From the human T2T-CHM13v2.0 reference genome, Homo sapiens, in the NCBI RefSeq assembly GCF_009914755.1, contig NC_060944.1: a stretch of DNA of 64,000 nucleotides, one strand, 5' to 3'. Made by a program: the position numbers and the translations under genes. Shown piece after piece: positions 14,831 through 27,972 of this stretch (the stretch's first letter is position 1; each line of letters opens with the position of its first letter). Under the pieces are notes generated by a model. That model saw only the letters and a list, made by a program, of their open reading frames with translations, did not search any database and was not told the origin of the DNA.

Positions 14831-15671
14831 AGACATAGCCGTTTACAACTTGCAAGGGCCTGGAATGTGGTTATGGTCAGAATCCTGCAAAGGATCAAAG
14901 CTCTGGGCCCCCAAGGAGGGGTTATGTCTGAGGCTGACTAATGTCTTTAAACCTGGGCCAGCAGTGACCACAGAGGAGGCTGAGGCCACTGACATCGGCA
15001 TGACCCAGGCCGGCAGATGCTGACATTCCTTTACTATGTGATTCCCACAGAGCTGGGGCTTTTCATCACGAATGAGCATTATTAGTAACCAGACTCAGGG
15101 GAGGGAGGGGGACATGTATGCAGGGAGTGAGAGGCAAAGGGAAAGTGGGAGAAAAACAGGGCTGGACACATCATGGTGCCAGGGACCCAAGGTCAAGGGG
15201 CGAGACCCTCAGGCTCGATGGCATTTGGGGTGTGGGACACTTCTGGCTGCAGGGCCCTCAGCTGCCTAGTTTAAGACTATGGGTTGTGTTTAGGGGTTAC
15301 CACCTCAGTCTGGGAATGTCACTGTTCCCCTGAGACTAATATTTCTCAAGAAGCTACTGTTTCAGTCACTGAAGCCAACAGGGTCTCTACATGGGGTGAC
15401 CATAGGATGTGCCACCTAAACTGGGACTTTTCAGGGTAATAGGGAGTGGGATAAATTCTAAACCCAATAGAACATTGAGACAACTGGCATGAACTGGGCC
15501 AACTGGGATGGACGGTGGCCTTGCTCATACCTCCCTGCTCTTGCGGAGGCAGTCATTGACTGACTTATTAATGTGTGTTGGGTGTTAAGAATTGCGCACG
15601 CTCATCTTCTCCTTTAAGAGGTAAGCAAATAGTAGCCCTGAAGAGTCAAGAATACTCAGGGGCTCAGTACG

Positions 15672-15920
15672 AAAGCAACATAGTATTCCAGTTAGAGTGC
15701 AGGTGCAGATTTGGATACTCCTTGCCTCCAATCTCACTGCCACTGTTTACTCTGAGCAGGTTGTGTTGCCTCTCTGAGCCTCAGTTTGCCCATGTGCAAA
15801 ATGGGAATGATAATAATAATACTTACCTTGCCAAGTATTATAAGCTTGAATTGAAATAATGATGTAAGGAGGTTAGCATGGTGCCTGGTGCATAATAAGC
15901 AGCCACAAATGGCAGTTAAT
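15672..15920 (+). mobile_element. MIR SINE
   Basis: Core cctctctgagcctcagtttgcccatgtgcaaaatgggaat; ttagcatggtgcctgg. Confidence 0.85.
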
Positions 15921-16932
15921 AGGATTAATTCTCAGGGATGGAGAACCCTCTAAAAGGTTGCATCAGGACTTTGCTAAACAGGCCTCTAACAGAACCTCAT
16001 TCTCCATCCTCTGGGTGCTCCTCCCAGGGCCTGGTGTATGCGTCTCCTTTAGAAGGAACACACACACATTCTTCTGCCCAGGGCATGTCTTTCCCTACTT
16101 TCCAGAGGAAAATGTCCTGATTCATTTTCCCTGTCAGGAGGCTGGAAGGAACAAGCAAAAAGAAGGAGAGAATTGAGGTCATTGGTCCATCCACACATAA
16201 GCTCCAATTCAGTCTTTCCAGGGAATCACTCTGGATTTACTCACCACCAAGTGACAGATGAGAGCAACTTAGTAATTTGAAAACCTGGGAAAATAACATG
16301 TATTCTGAGATGTTCCCAGTGCTGGTTTGGAATTACTGAGCACTGTTCATTTCAGCCTTCAGCAGATCATGCCATCCTGAGTTGGAGTTGGCAGTTCTAG
16401 GGAGGTCCTGAGATTAACCCAGAGACTGAGACTGGACTCCAGGGAGTCACAGCCCAGTTCAGGCCTTAGCCAGGGTCCAGACTGTGCTTGCTGGGTTTTC
16501 AGCTTTTCCAAAACCTGTATAACCAATCCCTGCCTTGTTGTCTATCTTCGATTCTTAGCAAGGTTCCTGTTTCAAGATGCAACCACAGAGTAGAATCAAT
16601 GTAAAAAGACATCTATACAGGGAGCACTGTGAAACACACAGAGGGCTACAATCTATTATTGCCAGGTGCTGGAAGATCAGGAAGAGCTAAGTAGAAGAGG
16701 CATGACATGCAAATAGGGCCTAGGAGGATGAGGATGAGTAGAGAGTTTAAGTAAGAGTGGAAAGGAAGGACATTGAAAACACAGGAACACGATGCACACA
16801 GGTAGGAAGACAAGGTGGTGTTGGCAGATAGATCATATATACATGGGTAATGCCTGGGAGCAGGCTTAGGAAAAAGCACTGCCTCAATTTGTTCTCTTAT
16901 TAATTAGTCTAGTGTCTTTCTTAGTCACAGAC

Positions 16933-17420
16933 TGTGATATCCAGGGTCCAAGATGACCTCTAATGATCTCCTCCTCCTGGTTTTCTTGTCTTTGTGTGGT
17001 CCTTACTCCCACTTAATAGGGCTGACCATGAGCCAATACGATGTTGTCAAAATTAAGGTGTGACTTCCAAGTCTAGATCATACGATATGTTTCCACTTTG
17101 CTCTCTCTTGGCTCCTAGCTGTGGGTAAAGACAGCTACCCTATCATTAGGACACTCAAGCAACCCTACGGAGAAGACTATGTGGTGAGGAACTGAGGCCT
17201 CCTGCCAATAACCAGTACCAACTTGCCAGGCATGAGACACCTTGGGAGTGGATTTTGCAGATCAGGCATGTCTTATATGAAGGCACACCTGGCCAATAGC
17301 CCATTTGTTGCTTCAACAGCCAAAACCACCCAGCTAAGCTGCTCCTGGATTCCTGACTCCTGGAAACTACATGCCAGTAAATTACCTTTACTTTAAACTC
17401 TAAATCAGAATAGACTATGT
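16933..17420 (+). mobile_element. MaLR LTR (MLT1F-like)
   Basis: ccaagatgacctctaatgatc; tgtggtgaggaactgaggcctcctgccaa; accacccagctaagctgctcctggattcctgac. Confidence 0.8.
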
Positions 17421-18631
17421 TGTGCCTTTTTTTCTTGGAGCTTCCACACAAAGGGATCTTCATCATGGACTGTTTTGCCACAATAAACAGAAGATCTCCT
17501 GGGGCATATTAAAGGGAAATGTGTCCTTAGATAACCTGGAAGCTAGATGTTTGTCAATGTGGCTTCATGTGGTTGCTTTCCTCTGCACACATTCTGCATT
17601 CTCCTCTATGCAGCTCACTTCCTTTGTACGGCTGTAAGTTTCCATTTACCTAGAACTTGCATTTGCCTATGGTTTGTGGTGGCAACCCTGGCTCTAACCT
17701 TACATGACGTTATTGATCCAGAGTCAATCTCAATCTTACCACATGTTTTGTGAGCTTACTTTATATTTTCAAGAACGAGGATGATTGGCTCCTCTTGAGT
17801 CAAGTACCTGCCCATGAACTCTTCAGGTAGGACCAAGGAGCAGTCACCCAGTATACACATGGCTCCTTAGCTTCCTTCTTTAGGAATGGACTGGAAGAAT
17901 CATGACCAAATGAAGGGTTATAGATCTGGCCAGCACTTCAAACATTGCCATGTGTAGTACATGTAGCCCCAACTAAGAACTTCCCAGAAAACCTGCTGCA
18001 AGATCAAGATCAAACACTCTCTCCATTTTTATGAACACACTAGGGTGTGAAACTTTCTCTCCCGAATAAGAAGAAACTTGAAACAAAATCCTGTTGGTAG
18101 CCAGGCATTAGGATTCATGACTCAAGACCCACATTTTTACAAAAGCAATTCCAAACTCTCAAAAGCAATTATGCATCATATTATATCCTCAGAATAAAAT
18201 AAATATACATCCCAGAATTAATATGAAGGCATAAACAACTGCTGACAGCCTATAAATTGTATTAGGAAAACTTTGATAAACTCTTACTTTTCCACACTTC
18301 CCTCAACCTCATGACAATAACTGTTTAGATTCAACACATATCAGGGGCATATGCAGCTGGAAGTAAGGAGAGTTGGAAATAAATAAAAAGGAAAACAGCA
18401 AGAGCAGGAGAAATGAGCAGAAGGTTAATGACTTTAAAGGGGAAAAGGTCACAAGAAGAAGTGAATCTGATAGCCCTGGAAAACACCCTTTTTCCTTTCT
18501 GATAAAGGAAGGTAGCTAGGAGTGTCTTTATGAATTTACTTTTCATGCTTTCCCTCTGGTCCTTAGCAAAGAGGGGGCAATTCAGAATGAGCTATTATTT
18601 ACTCAAGAAATAGTTACTGGACATCTGAAGG

Positions 18632-19486
<855 letters not shown>

Positions 19487-19671
19487 GAGGGACTAAATGG
19501 AGTCATGATCTCAGGCAACTTAAAAAAAAATACAGGAGACAGTTGAACAAACAATTGAAGAAAAATAGGTTCATTGCTATATCATGGGCATTGTACAAAA
19601 TTAATTATGTGTCCAGGAAGGTGGGGGGATTGAGCTCCTCACTCTGTTGAATGGGTTCATGGAAAGGGCAG

Positions 19672-20128
19672 TATTATGGGTTGAATTGTATCTCTCCCCC
19701 AAAAGTCCTAACTAACCCTCAGTACCTCATAATGTGACCTTACTTGGAAATAGGGTCATTGCAGATGTAATTAGTTAGGTTAGGATAAGGTTATTAGGGC
19801 CCTAATTCAATAGGACTGGTATGTTTATACAAAGGGGGAAATTTGAACACAGAGACATGCACACAGGGAGAATGGCATGTGAAAATGAAGGCAGAATCAG
19901 GGTGATGCTTCCACAAGCCAAATAACCCTAAAGATCATCAGCAAACCACCAGAAGCTAGGGGAGAGGCACGAAGAGATTCTTCCTCAACCTTCAGAAGGA
20001 ACCAACCATGCTGACTAACACCTTCATTTTGCATGTCCAGCCTCTAGAAATATGAAAGGATAAATTTCTGTTGTGTAAGCCACCCAGTTTGTGACACTTA
20101 GCTATGGCAGCCCTAGCAAAAGAATACA
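19672..20128 (+). mobile_element. MLT1C solo LTR
   Basis: ttatgggttgaattgt; ttggaaatagggtc; atgaaggcaga; gaaggaaccaacc; atggcagccctagcaaaagaataca. Confidence 0.88.
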
Positions 20129-21763
20129 AACATTTTATAGTTTCTAAAGATTAAGAGAAGACTAACCTGCTAAAGATTAACCTTCAGGCTGAGGGGGCCA
20201 GAATAGGGCTTCAGTCACTTGAGGAGGGTAGACTTTGGGAATATGAGAAAATGCCTCATGTTGTAGGAGTGCACGTTAGAGAGGGATGCAAAGTGTGGCT
20301 GTAGAGAAAGAGAAAGGGAATGAATTGCGAAGGCACGTGTTGGGATGTTGCAACATTTTTAAAGGAAAGCTGGGGAAAAGAGAGGTATTGAGGCATCGGA
20401 ATCACGTGAGGGCTGCTCTGTGATAAGTCTACAGTATACCTGGTAATAACAGATATCCAAAAGCTATTTGTTGAATGAATCAAGAAGAATTGGCTACTTC
20501 AGTGCAAATAATCAAGCCATGGGACATCCAGCATCAGGCTCTACCACATAGCCTATTGCATGAGTGTTCCAGGTGTTTCGTAGTCCCCTGGTGAAAGAAG
20601 AGCCCCAAAGGCAAGACACTCATTTTCCCTGAAATGAAAAGGTCAGCCCTAGCAAAGGGGAGGAAGTGTTCCTTGTACCTCTGTCTTCCCCATGCTTCCC
20701 TGCCTTTCCACCTAACTCGCTCATCGAATGTCGTTTAGGAACCATGGGTTGCCAAATTTCTCTTTAACCTGAATTATATGTTTGGAGACAGAAAGTGTAA
20801 GATGGACTGAGAAGCCAGGAGTAGTAACCAGTAGGTGGAGAGATAGTGACCAGCCCCTGGACCCCTTCAGAGGACTTGCCCCACCTCTGAACTGCTCTTT
20901 CTGAAACATCTTGCTTTCTGCACAAATCATGTTGTGGGTCGTGGTGGGAGCCAGAGGGGGGCAGCCTTGCAGCAAAATGCCTGGAGGCTGCATTAACTTC
21001 TTTCCCTGACAACTTATATGGCAGCTAATTTATATGCTACCTCCTATTAGTTTGGGGGAAAAATATAGCTAACGATAACGAAGAGAATGCCATCTATTTC
21101 TTTAGCTTAAACATGCCTGCTTCAGTGGTGAACAGTTGATCTCTAAGCTTGCTGTTTTCAGGCTATAAAAGCTGTTTATTTCACTCTATAAAAGAACATC
21201 TGAACTTATATAGCTATTTAAGTTTAAATGTTTTAGGGGAAAGAAAAATGCAAGGGGAATTAGCAAAGAGAGGCTGAAACCTGATCTGGGCTGCGGGGTT
21301 TGCATAGAAACTTCCCTCTTTGGGAATCCCCCCTGCCTGCCCCCAGTACACCCACTGCAGCACCAGCCCACAGGAAATGTACTGAGCTGAGTGTGATTTC
21401 AACATTAGTAGTCATTTCGGCAAAGCTCTCAGAGTCAATCATTTCTCATGCGCTGGTGTGATTTGCATTCACTGGGGACCCCTTGGCTCTTAAAAAGCTG
21501 CAGCTGCCCCAAAGAGGTGAAGGACATTAACAAATCTTTGTTGTTTTTCTCTTAAAAACTGTGAGTTTGCATGAGGGATCTGGGTAGAAATGTGCTTCTC
21601 TGTGCATCATGGGAGGCTGCTGCTCTGTTGGCTCTGAGAATGACAGATAAGTCTTGAGTTTTTGACAAATAAGCTGCTTTCTCTTGAGGAGTGCTCAGAC
21701 TTCCAGTTAGCCACCAGAATGCTGGCCTTTATGTCTTTCTGGAAGAGTTAAACATTCTCCAAA

Positions 21764-21875
21764 CAGGCTGACCATGCATCTTAGTTTGCCCAATACAATC
21801 CCAGTTCATGCCTGTTGTGTTCTTGGTGTATGTTCAATGGTGCTTCCTTCACCCTTCAGAATGTCCTGCTTCAGA
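21764..21875. mobile_element. MER94-like hAT-Blackjack MITE
   Basis: caggctgaccat...gtttgccca..acaatcccagtt.atgcctgttgt...ttcacccttcagaatgtcct. Confidence 0.6.
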
Positions 21876-21994
21876 TCATACCTTATATGACAAATCTATT
21901 CCTGGAAGTCTTTTCTTGCATTTTAGGCGACATTTGCACCCAATTTGGGGAGATACAAGTGCTTTGGGATACAGATGAGTTTGAGAGGTGAGTT

Positions 21995-22290
21995 CTCTTG
22001 GTTTGGGTTCCCATAAGATCAGCTCTGAGTCAATTGTGTGCAAGTAGCGTATTTGGGAGGTGCAGAAAACACCTGTTGGCAAACAGGGATATAAGAATAA
22101 AAGGACAGCAACTAAAATAGGTGCCCTGGACATCTGGAACTTAATTCTGCTGAGGACACTCTGGCAGACAAAGAATGCCATAGAATCATTTCTCATGGTG
22201 GGTGAAGATAATCCCAGGGGTGTTATTTCCATTACTTCCTGTCTGCCTGCTAGAGGGCAAAGCAGCCTTCAGCTGCTTTGGAGAAAAGCT
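21995..22290 (-). mobile_element. ERVL LTR16C-like fragment
   Basis: tttgggttccc...ctctgag...tgcaagtagcgtatttgggaggtg; similar to the 61722-62213 element. Confidence 0.6.
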
Positions 22291-22429
22291 ACAACTATAG
22301 GAAAGAAGGATGAAATGGAGAAAGAAAACACAAGTGTTATCGAGTATCCAAATGTTTCCCAATCTTTCTAGGCTTAGCTTAATTGATACATATGCTCCTT
22401 CAGCAGGGTCATCTTCATAATGAAATTAT

Positions 22430-22568
22430 TTTAAGTGCAATTGTTTAATGTATGTCTCACCTGCCAAACTATGATCTTCATGAGGGCAGGACTGCATAGG
22501 TTTTCTTCAATATGTTCTTTGAACATAGTATGATAATATTTGTCAAATGCATCAATAAATAAATAAAT
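22430..22568 (+). mobile_element. L2 3' end
   Basis: tgtctc...catgagggcagga...aataaataaata. Confidence 0.6.
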
Positions 22569-22778
22569 TGTGTCAGTTGTGTCATATACTCCATCACTCA
22601 ATGTTTTCCATTCTATGACGTAACGATTATAATCTCCAATTTGTAGGCAAGAAAACAAGAAGACTTCTCAATATTATGTTGTTAGGAAATACAAATCTAG
22701 GTCTGTCTTACTAATTCCACCCTCTTCCAGTATAGTCTTCTGGTAAAGAGGAGTATTGATAAATAAAGATGTTCCCAC

Positions 22779-23080
22779 TTTTTTTTTTTTTTTTTTTTGA
22801 GACAGGGTCTTGCTCTCTCACCTGGGCTAGAGTGCAGTGGAGCAATTATAGCTCACTGAAGCCTTGAACTCCTGGGCTCATGCAGTCATCTTGCCTTGGT
22901 CTCCCAAGCAGCTGGGACGTGTAGCATGCCACAGTGCCTGGCTAATTTAAAAAATGTTTTTGTAGAGATAGGGTCTTGCTATGTTGCCCAGGCTGGCCTT
23001 GAACTCCTGGCCTCAAGCAATCCTCCCACCTCAGCCTCCCAAAGCACTTGGATTACAGGCATGAGCCACTGCGCCCAGCC
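22779..23080 (-). mobile_element. AluJ
   Basis: Poly-T, gagacagggtcttgctct, atagctcactg; TSD aagatgttccca/aagaacttccca. Confidence 0.96.
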
Positions 23081-23470
23081 AAGAACTTCCCATTCTTGCA
23101 GGCCTCTTTGCATCTCAGCATGTTGTGTTCTACAACCACACATGCTGCCTAATCCTAGTCTGCCACTTCATATACTCTTGGCCCTTCTCCAATTTACCCT
23201 CCTATTTTAGGGTGTCAGACTCAAGCCTGCTGTAATTGTTTAAAGACTTAACATGGAAAAGGATAATGTTTTGTTTGTTTTAATCTTCAGGCAAGGGAGA
23301 AAAAGCCAAAGTTTCAGAAGCTAGTGCTTGCCTTTCCCACGAATGATTCTGCTCCTGAAAAAAAAGGAAAGGCACTTAAGGATTTCTGACATCATTTTTT
23401 TCCCTTCTTCATTGTCAAAAGTCTGGTCAAGGTTTGATGGGGGGCGGGGTGAAGTGAGGTGGGAGAGTCG

Positions 23471-23882
23471 AGCGCTGTGCTGGTAAATGTTCAAAAACCA
23501 GCTCCCCTGGAACAAACTTTCATTTGTAGCATATGCCACTTTCCATGGTGTGAACTTAAAATTGACCACTGTGGCCAATTTTAAGCTATCAATGTTGAAT
23601 CACTGAATGTGAATGTTGAGAATGGACCCACAGTACTACAACATTATATAGCATTTCCATCACATGGATATAATAGATGTAAACAACCTCACAAGCATGG
23701 ATTGCAGTACAATAATTGAAAATAGTGAATTTTGAGTATTTACTTATTACCTTTTAAAATGCAGTTTATTAGCTTAAAGTTTATTAATGTAATTTTTATT
23801 AACAGCTGCATCTAACAACTAGAACACAAAATTTCTGTAAGTTTAATCGTCAGCTCACATGGGCTGCTACAGCTACACCATT
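23471..23882. mobile_element. MER63 (B/C-like) hAT-Blackjack element
   Basis: gtgctggtaaatgttc..aaccagctc; atttgtagc; ttccatggtgtgaa; tttaagctatcaatgt; ends cagctacacca. Confidence 0.75.
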
Positions 23883-24059
23883 TTAGAGACTCTCTCTTGA
23901 GTAAGTCCTTTAGTTTGTAGATTCTACTCAGATCTTTGTCCTAACTTCAAATGAGTGAGATCTCCAGGTGAAATTGGCCAATGGAAAGTGGTTCAAGATT
24001 ATGGCTGGACAACTGGAGAGTGAACCATCTTTTGATGCTCTCAAAGTTTGAGACACTTT

Positions 24060-24505
24060 GTGTGTGAGATATTAGGCTTGCCACTACCCTCCTCCCTAAT
24101 GAATTATTGGCCTTTTGTGACCCTGTGTCTCTGGAGGCTGACTCCTAAGGAGTGCACTGCTCAAGGTCCTTTGACCTTTTGCTTCTTGCTAAGCTCAGAA
24201 AAAAAAAAAAAAAAAAAAAGAGGCACTGGCAAGATACATGAAATAAGAAGGAGAGAGAATTGGGAGTATATATACCCCTACTCTCTCCCTGCCTCACTGC
24301 AGTTCTGACATTAGCTAAAAAGGCTCCTCTTAGGTGGGCATGTTCCATGGCTCTCACTAGACCAGTCCCAGTTCCCTCCCCTTGGCTTTCTCTATAGCTG
24401 CTTCCTGGGTGCCCCACCAACTTTCAGTCCACACCTCTGTAAACAGTCCCTTTATTAAATTCTTTCCAGCTAAACAGTTTTGAGTGTGCCTTGTTTGATA
24501 GAAGC
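24060..24505 (+). mobile_element. LTR33-like ERVL LTR
   Basis: gaggcactggcaaga; ccacacctctgtaaacagtccctttattaaa...ttgagtgtgcc. Confidence 0.7.
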
Positions 24506-25219
24506 ACCCTATATGATATACCAAGTGCATATATCCAGAGTAATATATCCAACTGCATTGGTCTTTAGGAAACCTAATAACCTAATTGCTCATATGGGGA
24601 GCACATTTCTACGTTATATTCTATTATGCTCACCCTGTCACGTCCATACTATTATCAATGTCCAGTTATCAATGATCAGTGGGAAAAGGGGACACAGACA
24701 ATTAGCTTTCCAAATATAGGGCTTTCTTAACTCCCACATGCAACTTCATCCACCCAGTGAGCACACCATCAACTCACCTTGACTGGTTGGCTGAAAGTGG
24801 CTCATGCTTTGCTTTGAGAACCAGGATTTGGCTCTAATATTAGGCACAGCCTGTCCTGTGGGACTTGTAATGAAACCAGGCAGCTGCTAGGGCTCTCTCT
24901 TATAGTCCCTATCTTGTTCATCTGGCACAACAGCTATTTCTGAATTCTGCATTTTGTATTCTTCTTATGGACACCTTTCTCTGGCCTGACATTCTTCTTG
25001 GTCTATTGTCCCAGACCCACGCACGAATTCAGTTGTCAAAACATCTAGGAGCCAATGCTAGGTCATTAAACTAACATAAATTGAGACCATGCACCAGTTA
25101 CACACTCAACTCATATTAGCACAGTGCTAAGAAGTTCACACATACAGCCTCTTCTACCATGGTAAAAACCCAACGAGATGGGTACCATTTATCCCACTTC
25201 TCCAACCTATTACCTACTG

Positions 25220-25722
25220 CTTGTGCTGGTCATTTGTCTGCACTCGGATATATTCCTTACCCTTCTTTCCATCTTCTCTGTATTATAGGAAACTACATTT
25301 ACAGGCTCCCTTGACCACTAGTTTCTGGCTAGATATGGCCTACTGAAGGACTTGGCAAGACACAGGACAGGAAAAGGCCAGGGTAATTTTCTTCCTCTCC
25401 CACCTGGGGCAGCATCTCTGGAAGCAACTGTGCTTCTCTTGCAGCTCCCACTCTCACTGGACAGCGTATGCCTTGATGGCCTAGCAGGCCTACCACAGTC
25501 CCAGTTTCCACAGGGCTCTTGGGATCCTGCAAAACTGCTTTCTTCTTTTGTCCCTCCAGCCCTAGATAAGGCACTCACTTTCTACAGTTGCTAATCTCTT
25601 GCTTCATCTCCTCTTCACTGTTTTAGTTCTTCTTATACCTTAAAACTAATTCCCTACATTAAATTTTCTCTATTGAAGTACTTTGCACGTGTTTTGCTTT
25701 CCTGGCTGCACTTGACTGGTGA
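25220..25722 (+). mobile_element. LTR33-family ERVL LTR
   Basis: aggctcccttgacc; ccctccagccctag; ttccctacattaaatt; ttcctggctgcacttgactg. Confidence 0.6.
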
Positions 25723-25869
25723 GTTTCTCTATCCCTTGTCTTCTATAATCATATTTCTATAGCTCTGTGTGTATGTGGGTGTGTGTTTAATTTATTGAAA
25801 GCATCCTGTACTATAACTATTTGTTCCCTTTATAGTATTAACTAGAAATTTCTATCTATAACTACTTAC

Positions 25870-26035
25870 ATTAATAACAGTTTATGCCCTTTTACCTGTT
25901 TATTGTCTGCCTTCCCTGATAGCCTGTAAGCTCTATGAAGTCAAGCATTTCACATATTTTATTCATTGATGTATTTGCAACACTCAATAGATGACTGACT
26001 TGTGGGTAATCATATTAAATAAATGAGTGAAAACA
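25870..26035 (+). mobile_element. L2 3' end
   Basis: tttattgtctgccttcc...ctgtaagctctatgaag...ttattcattgatgtat. Confidence 0.6.
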
Positions 26036-26537
26036 TTAATGAATCCCCATTTTACATATAAACACACTCAAGCCTAAAGAGGTGAAATAATGTTTAGATC
26101 ATCTGATTTTGTGCTGCCAGGTAGCTCAGTGAACTGCCTCCTTTATGCCACCTGCTTTTTTTCTATGGATTTAGAATTGTGGCCCAGATTTCCTATGGTA
26201 GCAGCCATCTTATTTCACCTTGGATCTCCCAATCCCATTGTCCCTGTTTCTCCAGCACCACTGTGTACCTGCTCTAAACATAGCCTGCTGTTGTGTCATC
26301 CCTGTCATACTAGGCTGTTTATGCTTCCTTCCATGGCACCATGAGCCATATTTTCCAATATTTCTCCCAGTCCTGGGGTGGTCCACATTTCATTCCAGCC
26401 TGGATCCCTGACTTTCATAAGAGTACTTATGAAACTGCCTGCCAACATTTCCTAACAACGTATAACATCTGGTGGAACTGAGGAACTCAGGCCCACACCT
26501 AAAATAGGGGGTTTCCCCAAATAACCTAGCCTGAGCT

Positions 26538-26794
26538 GAGTCTGGCCTGAGCTCCCTGCTAGTGTTGCCAGAGAAAATATAAAATACCCAATTGAATTTG
26601 AATTTCAGAAAACAATATATATATATATATATACTGGTACTGAAAAAGTATTTATTGTTCATCTGAAATTCAAATCCAACTGGACACCCTGTATTTTTGA
26701 TTGCTACATCTGGCAACCCTACTGTCTACAGTTGTCAAATAGTGGGAGAGCTGAAACATTAACTAAGACTATGTTCCTTTCCAAGAGAACTTTT
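26538..26794 (+). repeat. Local duplication, copy A (pairs with 27208-27458)
   Basis: Hand alignment: about 21 substitutions and 3 indels over ~245 bp, including non-TE flanks. Confidence 0.95.
26560..26721. mobile_element. MER53 palindromic hAT MITE (copy A, centre deleted)
   Basis: TIRs tagtgttgccaga / tctggcaacccta; internal inverted arms aatttgaatttcaga / tctgaaattcaaat; degenerate 8-bp TSD ct(c/g)cctgc / ctgtctac. Confidence 0.9.
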
Positions 26795-26799
26795 GAAAA

Positions 26800-26941
26800 T
26801 TATCAGAATCTCCCAAAGAGATGTAAAAAAACAGATCCCCAAGTCCAATCCCAGACCTGTTTGTTGGATAAGACCTCGGATCTGCTTCTTTAAAAGCGTC
26901 TCTTGCATTCTGTGAGTCAAGCAGGCTTTATGACAACTCTG
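26800..26941. mobile_element. MER5-like hAT-Charlie fragment
   Basis: atcagaatctccc; acagatcccc; cccagacct; ttaaaagc; attctg; ends gacaactctg. Confidence 0.5.
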
Positions 26942-27207
26942 ATTGTTGCCATAACAGAAGCAATGAGAGAAATCAGTGGATGCAGATATAAGTGAAAACA
27001 AAACAGAACAAGAGTTTTAGGTGACACCAGAAATCAGGCTATCTGATTCTCAAATATTGTGCTCCTCTGAAGCAGAAGGGAGGGACTGCCTGTGCCCAGA
27101 ACTGTTGACCGATCGTGTCCTGGAGACTACTTCCTGTCCTTGTTCTCCATCCTTGCCTCCTCAGCACTCTGGATGGCGGAGGTCCCGACAGTAACCAGGC
27201 AACTCTA

Positions 27208-27458
27208 GAGTCTGGCCTGAGCTGCCTGCTAGGGTTGCCAGAGAAAATATAAAATACCCGAATCAATTTGAATTTCAGATAAACAATATCTATGTATATG
27301 CTGGTACTGAAAAAGTATTTGTTGTTTATCTGAAATTCAAATCCAACTGGACAACCTGTATTTTTTATTGCTATATCTGGCAAACCTATCTACAGTTGTC
27401 AAATACTGGGAAGGCTGAAGCGTTAACTAAAACTATGTTCCTTTCCAAGAGGACTTTT
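27208..27458 (+). repeat. Local duplication, copy B
   Basis: Offset 670 bp from copy A; ends at the L1 TSD. Confidence 0.95.
27230..27388. mobile_element. MER53 (copy B, same central deletion)
   Basis: tagggttgccaga...tctggcaaaccta. Confidence 0.9.
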
Positions 27459-27459
27459 T

Positions 27460-27929
27460 TCTTTTGTAAAATAATTTTCAAATTTTATTTTAGATTCAGG
27501 GGATACATGTGCAGGTTTGTTGTGTGGGTATATTGTGTGATGCTGAGGTTTGAGGTACGAATCATCCCATTACCCAGATAGTGAGCACAGTATGCAATAG
27601 GCAGGTTTTTAGCCCTTGTCCTCCTCCCTCTCTTCTTCTCTAGTGGACCCCAGTGCCTATTGTTTCTATTTTTATGTCCATATGTGCCCAATACTTAGCT
27701 CCCACTTAGAAGTGAGAATGTCCGCTGCTTGTTTTTCTTTTCCTGTGTTAATTCGATTGGAATGTTGGTCTCCAGCTGCATGTGCTGCTGTAAAAGGCAT
27801 GATTTTATTCTTTTTTATGGCTGCATAGTATTCCATGGCATATATATATAATATACATATAATATATATATAATATATATACCTATAATATATATAATAT
27901 ATATATACCTATAATATTATATATATTAT

Positions 27930-27972
<43 letters not shown>

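Noticed and set aside
26538-26794. Copy A as an L1 3' transduction from the adjacent L1PA
   Set aside because: Copy A has no poly(A/T) tail or TSD, and the L1 is 5'-truncated and lacks a promoter.
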